Origin: a virus | Lineage: Duplodnaviria > Caudoviricetes | Direction: 5' to 3' (one strand) | Length of the DNA stretch: 30,290 bases | IMG/VR virus record: IMGVR_UViG_3300017761_001291 | Coordinates: 1 to 30,290 of that record | In this document: one piece after another, positions 17,432 through 26,038 of the stretch | Layout: each line of letters starts with the position of its first letter | How positions within the stretch are numbered: the stretch's first letter is position 1 | Program-made: the position numbers and the translations under genes | The notes under the pieces: model-generated | Databases searched by the model: none | What the model saw: the letters and a program-made list of their open reading frames with translations, nothing else | Told to the model about the DNA's origin: nothing

Positions 17432-19278
17432 TAGTTTCTGCTAGAAGTAAATGTATAATTCTTTCCACCACGCAGATCACCATTTGCAGTTTTATCCGCA
17501 ATTGCCAACACAGTTAAGTGATCACGTGCAATTTCAGCGATTTGAGTATAAGCAGAAACGATATCGTTTGATTGTGGTTTGAAAGTAATTTCCCAATCAA
17601 TATCTGCTAATCCAGTAATATTTAAGTTTCTAATAGTTAACAAACCATTGGCGTAGTCAACAGTTCCGATTGTTGGATTAACAATAAATTTTGTGCTTCC
17701 AGTTGCACTATTTGATGCAACATTATAAAAAATTCTAACATTACCTAAGCCATCATCTTCAAGATAATGTATCTCTTCACTACCATTAACATAAAACCCT
17801 GTTGACGATACAGCTTCTTCTGCCACACCAGAAGATAAAATTGGGTTAATCATGTTCAATGTATACTCAGCAGAAACATTATAACGTGGTGATACTTTTC
17901 TACGCATCAATACCGTTGTTATGTTACTTACAATTGCTTGTTCTGCAGTATCAATTAAACGACTAAGTTCAGAGAAGCGGAATACTCCATCGAATCTTTG
18001 AAGTTTAGAATCATCATAATTTAAAATAGTAGTAGTTACGATTGATGCAATTTCAGATGCAGTCTTAATAGTCTTTCTGTCATTAAAATAAACTGTTACA
18101 TCTAACGCAATATTGATAAAGTCTGGATCAACAATCTCTGGTGTAATAGATACTACACTTCTAGATGCAAGTAATGTAGTTAGGATATCAGTTTTTTGTT
18201 GTTGAGTTAATTTATTTGCATTATATGGTTTTGCACAAATAAATGTTTTACCATAAACTGGAGGTGTATTATCTTCTCCACCCCAAACAGAAACTGATTG
18301 AATATAATTATACGCAGCATAAATTAATGCTTTGTAATCATCTGGAGTTACTGCTCTATTTTGTGCAGCATATAATCTTGGAGCATTATACTTAATGCTA
18401 TCAATAGTTTCAATGTCAACTCCACCAGCACCAATATCAACTGTAGTTATCACTGGACTTCCACCAATCAACGAAATACCATTGTAGGTAAATTGACGTG
18501 CGCCATTACCAACAATTCCACCAGAAACAAAATAATCTAAGTGAACGACATTACCATTAGTTAGACCACTTGATATAATTGAATCGCCAAATACAATTTC
18601 ATACAATCCACCATCAATTTCTTTAATGAAGTAAACATTACTATCTGATGCCAATTGAACTATAGAAGTTGCTGCTGTGAATGTGGTAAATGTATCTGAT
18701 GTTGCAGATTCTTGTACACGAACTGCTAGCGTTGAAATGTCAGCGAATTGGTTTGGTATAATATACTGCTGACCAGTGGCAACAGTATATTGAAATTCCA
18801 GTGGTCTCCCTTCAACCAAGTCAATATTTGTAAAAGTATATGTACCACTCACAGGAATAATTGTATATTCAGATGGCGTATAAAATGTGTAATTAGCACC
18901 AGAAATAATTGTACTAAATGGACTATATTGAGGGAGTGTTAGTGTAGCTGGGCTTTGGTTTGGATTAGTTACCGCCAGATTAATCTTGGCTCTAGCAGAT
19001 CTAACTGAAGAAGGAGTATATCCTAATGTCTTGGCAAGAGATACTACGCTTGCACGTTTACTTGCTGAATCCAAAAACATTTCGTTTACAGCTAAGTTTG
19101 TATACAATGCATTATAGTGAGTATTATATGCAAGGACATCTAGCAGTACAGACAATCCTGAACCCTCAAAGTTATAGTCAGAAAATTGACTTTGTCCCTT
19201 TAAGAAATTCTTTAGATTACTTTTAATTTGGTCAAAATCTAATTCACTGACCTGAATTCTTTTGCTATCTATAGCCAT
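17431..19278 (-). CDS. gp6: Baseplate wedge subunit gp6
   Basis: ELDFDQIKSNLKNFL, DYNFEGSGLSVLLDVLAYNTHYNA, NEMFLDSA, LGYTP, YAAQNRAVTPDDY, VWGGEDN.PPVYGK; 615 aa; follows gp25. Confidence 0.95.
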   Translation of the reverse strand: MAIDSKRIQVSELDFDQIKSNLKNFLKGQSQFSDYNFEGSGLSVLLDVLAYNTHYNALYTNLAVNEMFLDSASKRASVVSLAKTLGYTPSSVRSARAKINLAVTNPNQSPATLTLPQYSPFSTIISGANYTFYTPSEYTIIPVSGTYTFTNIDLVEGRPLEFQYTVATGQQYIIPNQFADISTLAVRVQESATSDTFTTFTAATSIVQLASDSNVYFIKEIDGGLYEIVFGDSIISSGLTNGNVVHLDYFVSGGIVGNGARQFTYNGISLIGGSPVITTVDIGAGGVDIETIDSIKYNAPRLYAAQNRAVTPDDYKALIYAAYNYIQSVSVWGGEDNTPPVYGKTFICAKPYNANKLTQQQKTDILTTLLASRSVVSITPEIVDPDFINIALDVTVYFNDRKTIKTASEIASIVTTTILNYDDSKLQRFDGVFRFSELSRLIDTAEQAIVSNITTVLMRRKVSPRYNVSAEYTLNMINPILSSGVAEEAVSSTGFYVNGSEEIHYLEDDGLGNVRIFYNVASNSATGSTKFIVNPTIGTVDYANGLLTIRNLNITGLADIDWEITFKPQSNDIVSAYTQIAEIARDHLTVLAIADKTANGDLRGGKNYTFTSSRN

Positions 19279-19281
19279 ATC

Positions 19282-19674
19282 TTATCTCGTTCTATAAAGT
19301 ATTAGATCAAGTGCCACTGGGGTACTCGTATTGATTATTACAAACTCTATGGTTACGTCGATAGAGTTTTCATCCTCAGCTACAATTGCTTCTACTCTTG
19401 TAAGACTAACTCTTGGCTCAAAGTTGTAAATCGTGAACTCTATTGCTTTCTTAAGCATAATAGGAAGCATGGGAGTTGCTGGCTCAAACAAGAGTGATTT
19501 TATCTGAGAACCGATCTCTGGATGAAATGGTTTTTCGTAATTTGATGTTAAAATCAAATTTCGGACTGCGGATTTAATAGCTTGCTCATTAGTCTTAACT
19601 GTCACATCTTTGGTGACAGGATGAGCCAGAAAGTTTAAATCTATATCTGTAAATGTTCTGGAATAGTTTGCCAT
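19282..19674 (-). CDS. gp25: Baseplate wedge subunit gp25 (GPW/gp25 family)
   Basis: DIDLNF..HPVTKD, AIKSAVRNLILT...EKPFHPEIGS...LLFE, FEPRV motifs. Confidence 0.95.
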   Translation of the reverse strand: MANYSRTFTDIDLNFLAHPVTKDVTVKTNEQAIKSAVRNLILTSNYEKPFHPEIGSQIKSLLFEPATPMLPIMLKKAIEFTIYNFEPRVSLTRVEAIVAEDENSIDVTIEFVIINTSTPVALDLILYRTR

Positions 19675-19679
19675 ATTAT

Positions 19680-19686
19680 TATTTAG
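19680..19686 (-). promoter_or_regulatory. Putative late promoter CTAAATA, 5 nt before the gp25 ATG
   Basis: Minus strand CTAAATA-ATAAT-ATG fills the 15-nt gap between PAAR and gp25. Confidence 0.7.
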
Positions 19687-19689
19687 TAA

Positions 19690-19998
19690 TTATCCTGCAA
19701 ATACATTTGCAGATCCCTGAGTAATCACGTTATTTCCATAACTATCTCCTATCCTACCAACACCCTTACCACCTATACTAACTGTCGCTGAAAACGAAGA
19801 TAAAGTTGATGTATCTGTGGAACATCCACCCATTGGATGTGGAGATATCACATTTCCCTGAACTACGATAAGAATTCCATTTGCATAAACATTATTACTA
19901 TTAACTTGCCCAACGCTAGTTTGCATGGGTGCGCCACATTGATAACCACTTCCATCTGGGGACAATACACTATCACCTGCTCTTGCTACGGAAGGCAT
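19690..19998 (-). CDS. PAAR-like spike tip protein (T4 gp5.4 equivalent, 102 aa)
   Basis: MPSVARAGD...VYANG...SPHP...C...VSIGGKGVGRIGD...ITQGSANVFAG with Cys/His candidate metal ligands. Start moved from 20067 to ATG 19998 (TAATG overlap with the upstream gene). Confidence 0.88.
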   Translation of the reverse strand: MPSVARAGDSVLSPDGSGYQCGAPMQTSVGQVNSNNVYANGILIVVQGNVISPHPMGGCSTDTSTLSSFSATVSIGGKGVGRIGDSYGNNVITQGSANVFAG

Positions 19999-20558
19999 TA
20001 TTTTAATCCTATTGAACGAGCAGAAGCAATAGCTGCCACTGCAGTAGAGTAAGACCAGTGAACCCACTGATATAAACTAATAGTTTCAGTTGTTGCAGAA
20101 CCACCCAATAAAGGGTCTGCTGGAATTGTTACGTTAAACGTATATGTTTTCATTATACTAACTGGAGAAGGCATTTGATACTTCTCCAGTGAAAAGAATG
20201 GTGTTGTTGTATCTTTTGGTAAAACTTGTAAACTTAAATCTGGAAGAACGAATCTATAATATTGATTAGTAAAAGGACTTGTTATTGGACCAGATATGCG
20301 AGCAACACTGGCACTAATTTTAGTATAAGTCAACCCAATTGCACTCCATCCAAATGATGAAGTATTATTTGTTGCTGGTAGATAAGTAAATCCACTAACA
20401 CCATCAGAATACTTACCATCAAAAGTTAAATCAATGGAAAATGTAGTTTCTTCCAATACCGTTGGAAGATAGTTATTTAAATCCTCTACCTCATTAGTTT
20501 CATCTCCAGGAACTGAAGAAAATCCTGATTGGTTTGATTTAGTTATTCTGATGGCCAT
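19998..20558 (-). CDS. Hypothetical protein between gp5 and PAAR (186 aa)
   Basis: TAATG overlaps at both ends support a real gene; no family recognised. Confidence 0.7.
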   Translation of the reverse strand: MAIRITKSNQSGFSSVPGDETNEVEDLNNYLPTVLEETTFSIDLTFDGKYSDGVSGFTYLPATNNTSSFGWSAIGLTYTKISASVARISGPITSPFTNQYYRFVLPDLSLQVLPKDTTTPFFSLEKYQMPSPVSIMKTYTFNVTIPADPLLGGSATTETISLYQWVHWSYSTAVAAIASARSIGLK

Positions 20559-23500
20559 TATACCAACACAAATCCACTCTTAGGATAAGTTCCAGCAACA
20601 GTTTTGTGATTATTCATTGTAAACATCATTCCCTGATTTCCTGTTTGTCTGTATGAGCAGTGAATCCAGAATGCTTCTCCACCTCTATCATATTCCATGA
20701 TAATCTGATGCCATGAACCTAACTTCTTAACAATCTCACCTGCTTTCTTAAAGGTATCCGCTTTACCACCTTTGAAAGAAATATCAGCAGCACGTCCAGT
20801 AGGATGATCACCACCTTCTTTCTGATAACTACCATCAGCTTTCTTAATATTCAAGTCACCACCATCATTTGGACCAGTTGATGGTCTTCTAAATGCGCTG
20901 GTAATTATAAAAGAATCTCTACCATATAATTCACAAATTGGCTCAAGTAAGTTGTCGCATAGACGTTTCATATTGGCAACAATATCTTGTGGTGCTAACA
21001 TTTCACCAGTAGCCATTTGATATGATCTTCTTGGAATACGAACACCACCTTTAGTTAAATCACCAAGAGTAAAGTTCTTGGATAATCTCATACCAGCATT
21101 GAATGCATCTGGTGACATATTTAATATTGCGCTAACATCAGAATCTTTTCCAGTTGCTGCAGATTTAGCAGTTGGTTTAACTATGTCTTTAGCGAAAGTA
21201 GTTGCAGCGTCTGCAGATTTTGATGTTTGATTCTGATCAACTCTATCTGCTTTATATGCCGCTAAATCAGAACCTGGAGTTTTCTCTGGTGACTCAAAAG
21301 CAACTTCAGAACCACGAGTTACCACTGGAGCAGCTGCCACTTGAGAAACACCAGAAGTTCCACGTGTTTCAATTGGTAATTCTAAATCAGTTCTTACTGC
21401 AGTTCTAGCTATTTTAGCTTCTTTAGCAACAGCTGCAGATTCTGGAGGAGTAGAGTCGCCGTTATTTAATTGAATTGCAGTGCCATCAATTGCAACAGTT
21501 GCACTAGAATTGATACTTAATGGACCAGTTGAACCAAATGAACCATCACCAGCAGTTTTAAGATTTAAATTATCAATACTTTCAATGTTCAATAGTTTAC
21601 CAGATTTGATATTAAAAATATCTTCACTTTGCATATTCAACAAACCACCAGATTTGATGTTTGTATCAAGACCACTTTCAATAAATACACCACCCTTAGT
21701 TTTATTATTAATATTACCTTCAGTTTGAATAAATGCTGTGCCATCACTCTTGATGTGAAGATCTGCACCAGATTCCATGTTGAAGCCAGTTTTAGATATA
21801 AGGTTAAACTGTCCAGCAGATTCCATATTAATTTTATTTGCTTTAAGATTAAACTCACCACCAATAGCCATATTAGTTGAGCCACTTACATTAATGTTAG
21901 CATCATTATAAACATTTATATTCGCTGTGCCAGAAATTTCAAGATTAAAGACGTTATCTGTGCGAACATTTAATGCGCCATCAACTGTTAAATTGCATGC
22001 ACCTTTAATATAGATGAAACCATTACGATCAATAATTTCATATCCATCACCCATGATTCTGTTGACTTGAGTTCCTGAAGCATCTATCTCAATGAATGTG
22101 CCAGCTTTGTGGTGGATATTAATACGCTCAGCTTCTGGAGTATTGTCAAACTCCAGCACATGTCCACATTCATACTGTTTTACATGGTTATAAGGATAGA
22201 CAGCAGCATAAGGTACTGGTGGAGAATTCCAAGTTCCACCATTCGCTATTCTTATTCCAGATTTTAAATCAGCTTGTTTTTCAGTAACAATTGTTCTTCC
22301 AAGATTATTACCAGAAGCAAGTCGGTTTGTATCTTGTTCTTCTTGATACTTTGGATATACACCATTTGGATCTTGAAATCCTTTAGTTGAGTCAACTAAA
22401 CTACCATTACTAATAGTTCCATCTGGTCTGCGTTCTCCCATGGGAACTGCTTGTGGTTTAGATGGTTCACCTTGCAGTTTTACTAATAATGCTCTTGCTT
22501 GTCCAGCAGTGGAACCAGCAATTTTCTCCATTTCCTTTACAAGTAATCTAGGATCAGCTGAAGATAATCCTAGATTAGCAACTAATCCACTAACAGTACC
22601 AGATGGATTATCAATGCCAAGATTTGATGATATATCATTTAGGTTATTACCAAAACTAGTAAGAGTACTGGTGGCAGTTCCAGTTACACTTGTTAGAACC
22701 TTATTGATGTCACCAGTTAAATTAACTTGCTTTGCTAGATTTGCAAATTCAGTTTGAGTAGCAGTTATTGCTGATAGTAAAGATGCATCTAGATTAGCCA
22801 ACCCAGAAATACCCAACTCACCAATTGCTGATCCAAGATCACCAAGTTTACCCAGATCTCCTAACCCGAGATTATTTAAATCGCCAGCAGCAGTTAGTGC
22901 AGCTGCGTTAAATGCATTACCAAGATCAGCAAAGTTTGTTAAGTTACCAGCACCTAAGATATCTAAACCACCAAGAATATCTGGATTTGGAAATTCATTT
23001 GGAATATTAGTTCCAGCTGCAGCGGAAGATTCTGGAGGAGTTGTGGTTGAGTCATCTGGTGGTAGTGATTTTCTTACACCAGAAAAATCAGATCCTTTTT
23101 CAACTTTGTCGCCACCCGCAATTGCTACTGTTGGTGAAGGATTGTTTGCGTCGTTTCGAAATTCCCATTCTTGTAATAGGTTTTCTTTAACAGTATCGAA
23201 TTTAGTGGCAACTCTATGTCCAGCTTTATAATAGTTACCTTTCTCACCACCATATGGAAATCCAGGATTGTATGGATCTTCATATGTAGGAAATTCTGCT
23301 GCAAGTGCTTCACCAGCATCTTTTAATAACTTTTCATCAGTCTTAGAATTAGTTTTAAAATACGCAAATAGCTTCGGACGTTTACGAGCAACAATGTATT
23401 CTTGACAAATAAGATCCTGAGTTGACTCACTGAATGTTTGATTAACATCTATATTAAGTGCTTGAATCGCATTCTTTAAAGTTACTGGATCAATTTGATA

Positions 23501-24184
23501 CTTACCAACTGAAGAAAGTTTATCTGGACTTCCAGCTGGCATTGATTGTTTTTCCATGATGTCTTTAATTGTCATCTTAGACAATTTGACATTACCAGTA
23601 CCAGTTGCTATAGAAGAAGTCCCTTGTGGACCATTTGAAGATTTTGTAAAGGTATCATAACTACCCGCAACTGTCTCACCACTCTTAATAAGTTTACCAA
23701 GTGGACCAATAACATTTTCTGTATTTACAACTTTACCAGGTGGTAATTTATCAGATCCAACTGAACCACCAGCTGATGCTGTCAGTGCTGGTGCTGGTGG
23801 TGCTGCCGCATTTGCTTCTCGTGCAGTGTCTCCATTTAATAAAACATTATTAACAACCAATGGAGTTTGTACATTATTACCATCAAAGGCATCTTCCTTT
23901 TGAGAAACTCCAGTAAAAGTTCCCATCATAATTGGAATCTGTTCGTCCACATCCATGAACATAATTAATACCCATGTACCAGGAACTGGTCCGACTGGTG
24001 CACTACCAATACCAGAGGAACTAGCTTCAGTAATAGGTAATACTGGTTGAGCCCATGGCAAATCTTCTGTTGGAAGTTCAGTTTTATCTTCAGTGTGAAG
24101 ACCAACAACACGAACCCTACAACGTCCAACTTTCAAAGGATCATCTCTATCCTCTACGCATCCAGTATAAAACTTTTTAAACAT
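20558..24184 (-). CDS. gp5: Baseplate central spike gp5: OB-fold, lysozyme-like domain, beta-helix and C-terminal peptidase M15-like domain (1208 aa)
   Basis: N-terminal GCVEDRDDPLKVGRCRVRVVGLH...LPWA...GPVPGTWV (Gp5 OB); SGE...YD...GKYQI.P.TL...TQD (muramidase); YPYNHV...GHVLEFDNTP..ERI..HKAGTFIEI then beta-helix repeats; LSKNFTL...ITSAFR...HPTGRAAD...WIHCS (M15). Confidence 0.92.
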   Translation of the reverse strand: MFKKFYTGCVEDRDDPLKVGRCRVRVVGLHTEDKTELPTEDLPWAQPVLPITEASSSGIGSAPVGPVPGTWVLIMFMDVDEQIPIMMGTFTGVSQKEDAFDGNNVQTPLVVNNVLLNGDTAREANAAAPPAPALTASAGGSVGSDKLPPGKVVNTENVIGPLGKLIKSGETVAGSYDTFTKSSNGPQGTSSIATGTGNVKLSKMTIKDIMEKQSMPAGSPDKLSSVGKYQIDPVTLKNAIQALNIDVNQTFSESTQDLICQEYIVARKRPKLFAYFKTNSKTDEKLLKDAGEALAAEFPTYEDPYNPGFPYGGEKGNYYKAGHRVATKFDTVKENLLQEWEFRNDANNPSPTVAIAGGDKVEKGSDFSGVRKSLPPDDSTTTPPESSAAAGTNIPNEFPNPDILGGLDILGAGNLTNFADLGNAFNAAALTAAGDLNNLGLGDLGKLGDLGSAIGELGISGLANLDASLLSAITATQTEFANLAKQVNLTGDINKVLTSVTGTATSTLTSFGNNLNDISSNLGIDNPSGTVSGLVANLGLSSADPRLLVKEMEKIAGSTAGQARALLVKLQGEPSKPQAVPMGERRPDGTISNGSLVDSTKGFQDPNGVYPKYQEEQDTNRLASGNNLGRTIVTEKQADLKSGIRIANGGTWNSPPVPYAAVYPYNHVKQYECGHVLEFDNTPEAERINIHHKAGTFIEIDASGTQVNRIMGDGYEIIDRNGFIYIKGACNLTVDGALNVRTDNVFNLEISGTANINVYNDANINVSGSTNMAIGGEFNLKANKINMESAGQFNLISKTGFNMESGADLHIKSDGTAFIQTEGNINNKTKGGVFIESGLDTNIKSGGLLNMQSEDIFNIKSGKLLNIESIDNLNLKTAGDGSFGSTGPLSINSSATVAIDGTAIQLNNGDSTPPESAAVAKEAKIARTAVRTDLELPIETRGTSGVSQVAAAPVVTRGSEVAFESPEKTPGSDLAAYKADRVDQNQTSKSADAATTFAKDIVKPTAKSAATGKDSDVSAILNMSPDAFNAGMRLSKNFTLGDLTKGGVRIPRRSYQMATGEMLAPQDIVANMKRLCDNLLEPICELYGRDSFIITSAFRRPSTGPNDGGDLNIKKADGSYQKEGGDHPTGRAADISFKGGKADTFKKAGEIVKKLGSWHQIIMEYDRGGEAFWIHCSYRQTGNQGMMFTMNNHKTVAGTYPKSGFVLV

Positions 24185-25542
24185 TAATTATATCCTTGTC
24201 GCGCATGTACACCATGATGAGAATCTTTAATCAATTGAATGTGACACTCATGATGTTCTCTGTCAATTACATGGTTAATGGTAGCTATTAAATAGTGTCC
24301 AGATATAACCCAGTCTGTACTATTAGTATCTGAATCACCTTTCTTTACAGGTGCACTTTTATAACTCTTTACTCTAACTTTATCACCAACTGTATAATCA
24401 GTTCTTCCTGGAACAACAATATTGAGTTTAAATGATTCTGCCAATTTTAATCTAGACATACGTTCTAGTCTCATAGTAATGCTAGTAACATCATCCCACT
24501 CATCACCAAACATTTTTGAATGTAAAACATCATTAAATAAAACACCTTTATTTGTTGCAATTAAGCTAGAAGTAAATAGTGCTTCTGGGTTTAAATGAGT
24601 TTCACTAGGGTTAAATTGTGGGTTTGGTTTATATGAAATTCTTTTAAATTTCTTTTTAGTAATATCAAAAAACATTATGGTTGAACCATAGGCTCCACTC
24701 AAAACATTATCCATGTAATTTTGATTTGATACAAGTTCAAACTCTTTGATTGCTTGGAATTGTTTTGATATATTTCTAGAAGATCCCCCCGATTCTTCAT
24801 TTATTTCATCTTGTACTGTATTAGTGATGAATATTTGCTTTGGTCCATTGTTACCATTAACATTTAGCTCGTCCAAAGAAATAAAATTAAAACCATATCT
24901 ATTTTCAAAAAAGATATATGTTGGATTTCCTTTAGAATCAAGAGCACGTTCAGCAAGGTAGTTTATATTTTTAATTGGAGACCAAAAATTAGAAACGTAT
25001 TTTGTTTTATTTGCAACTAAAGTACACTTCATCGGTTTCTTATTTGCTTGTCCTGGACCTTGTAACCATGTATCAACTATTGAAGGAACTAACGAACGAA
25101 TATTCCCTGCAAACGCTTTTGATATTTTTGTATTAAGATCAGTTACAGCTTCAATTGAAATAAAGTGCAGTTGATAAACAACATTTCTATCTGCCAACTT
25201 TTCACGATCAGATATTTTGTAAATATAAAATCTTCCATTTATTACATCAGCTGGTGATGATTTATCAAACCCAGGAGTAAAAATTCTAATGTCTACTACT
25301 TCTTGTCCAATGAAGGGAAAGTAGCCGATAAAATCAAGAGATTCTCTTATAATTAAAGAACCAGACATGAATGGTGCAAATAAGTCTTCATATATTTGAA
25401 TAGTAAGTAATTGATTAGTTACGTTAAATACCTTACCACTGGAAAGAGATGTTATGTTAATCCTATTAACATTTACGTCTCCAGCATATCTGAGTTTATC
25501 AGAACTGAATCCTCTACTTGCGGAACCTAAAAATTCAAACAT
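24184..25542 (-). CDS. Baseplate hub protein, gp27-like (452 aa)
   Basis: IYEDLFAPFMSG...FPFIGQE, YIFFENRYGFNFISLDEL, VPGRTDYTVGD, SGHYLIATINH...LIKDS; lies between gp53 and gp5 and is coupled to gp5, as expected for the hub partner. Confidence 0.72.
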   Translation of the reverse strand: MFEFLGSASRGFSSDKLRYAGDVNVNRINITSLSSGKVFNVTNQLLTIQIYEDLFAPFMSGSLIIRESLDFIGYFPFIGQEVVDIRIFTPGFDKSSPADVINGRFYIYKISDREKLADRNVVYQLHFISIEAVTDLNTKISKAFAGNIRSLVPSIVDTWLQGPGQANKKPMKCTLVANKTKYVSNFWSPIKNINYLAERALDSKGNPTYIFFENRYGFNFISLDELNVNGNNGPKQIFITNTVQDEINEESGGSSRNISKQFQAIKEFELVSNQNYMDNVLSGAYGSTIMFFDITKKKFKRISYKPNPQFNPSETHLNPEALFTSSLIATNKGVLFNDVLHSKMFGDEWDDVTSITMRLERMSRLKLAESFKLNIVVPGRTDYTVGDKVRVKSYKSAPVKKGDSDTNSTDWVISGHYLIATINHVIDREHHECHIQLIKDSHHGVHARQGYN

Positions 25543-26038
25543 TCATCAACCCTTCAAATTCAGAAACCATTTGTTGTACAATCTGTAGAGAAACTAATTT
25601 AATTCTTCTCTTTGATTCATTGATTCTACCCTCATGTGTAATATTATCTATCGGAGTTGCTGCAGGGTAATTGCTATTTACAACGAACCCATTTTCATCT
25701 TCATAATGATGTGTTGCATAAATGTTACCTTCACCGTATTTATCAATACAATATTGAACTAATCTATCATAGGGTAATGGCCATTCATTTAGATAGTCAT
25801 AACGCTGATTGGCTATCATTATTGCCCAATGATAATTAGGCGATCCATAAAATTTGCTTGATACAATTTCTGGAGTCTCACCATCAATAATATCATACAA
25901 GTCATAGAGTGTTATATTATCTAGAGTTTCTTTTAATGGTCTTACATTCGCAGTGATATCTCGGACAATAAAAAGTTTATCCTGTCCATTCACCATGAAG
26001 TTGTAATATATTTCTGGGAGATTGTTAAAGTAGCTCAT
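25535..26038 (-). CDS. gp53: Baseplate wedge subunit gp53 (LysM-like)
   Basis: MSYFNNLP.IYY, YDIIDGETPEIVSSKFYG...HWAIMIAN, EWP, INESKRRIKL. Confidence 0.9.
   Translation of the reverse strand: MSYFNNLPEIYYNFMVNGQDKLFIVRDITANVRPLKETLDNITLYDLYDIIDGETPEIVSSKFYGSPNYHWAIMIANQRYDYLNEWPLPYDRLVQYCIDKYGEGNIYATHHYEDENGFVVNSNYPAATPIDNITHEGRINESKRRIKLVSLQIVQQMVSEFEGLMNV

Noticed and set aside
19999-20067. Cys-rich N-terminal extension of the PAAR ORF as given in the track
   Set aside because: It overlaps the upstream gene; the ATG at 19998 gives a typical PAAR N-terminus and a TAATG coupling.
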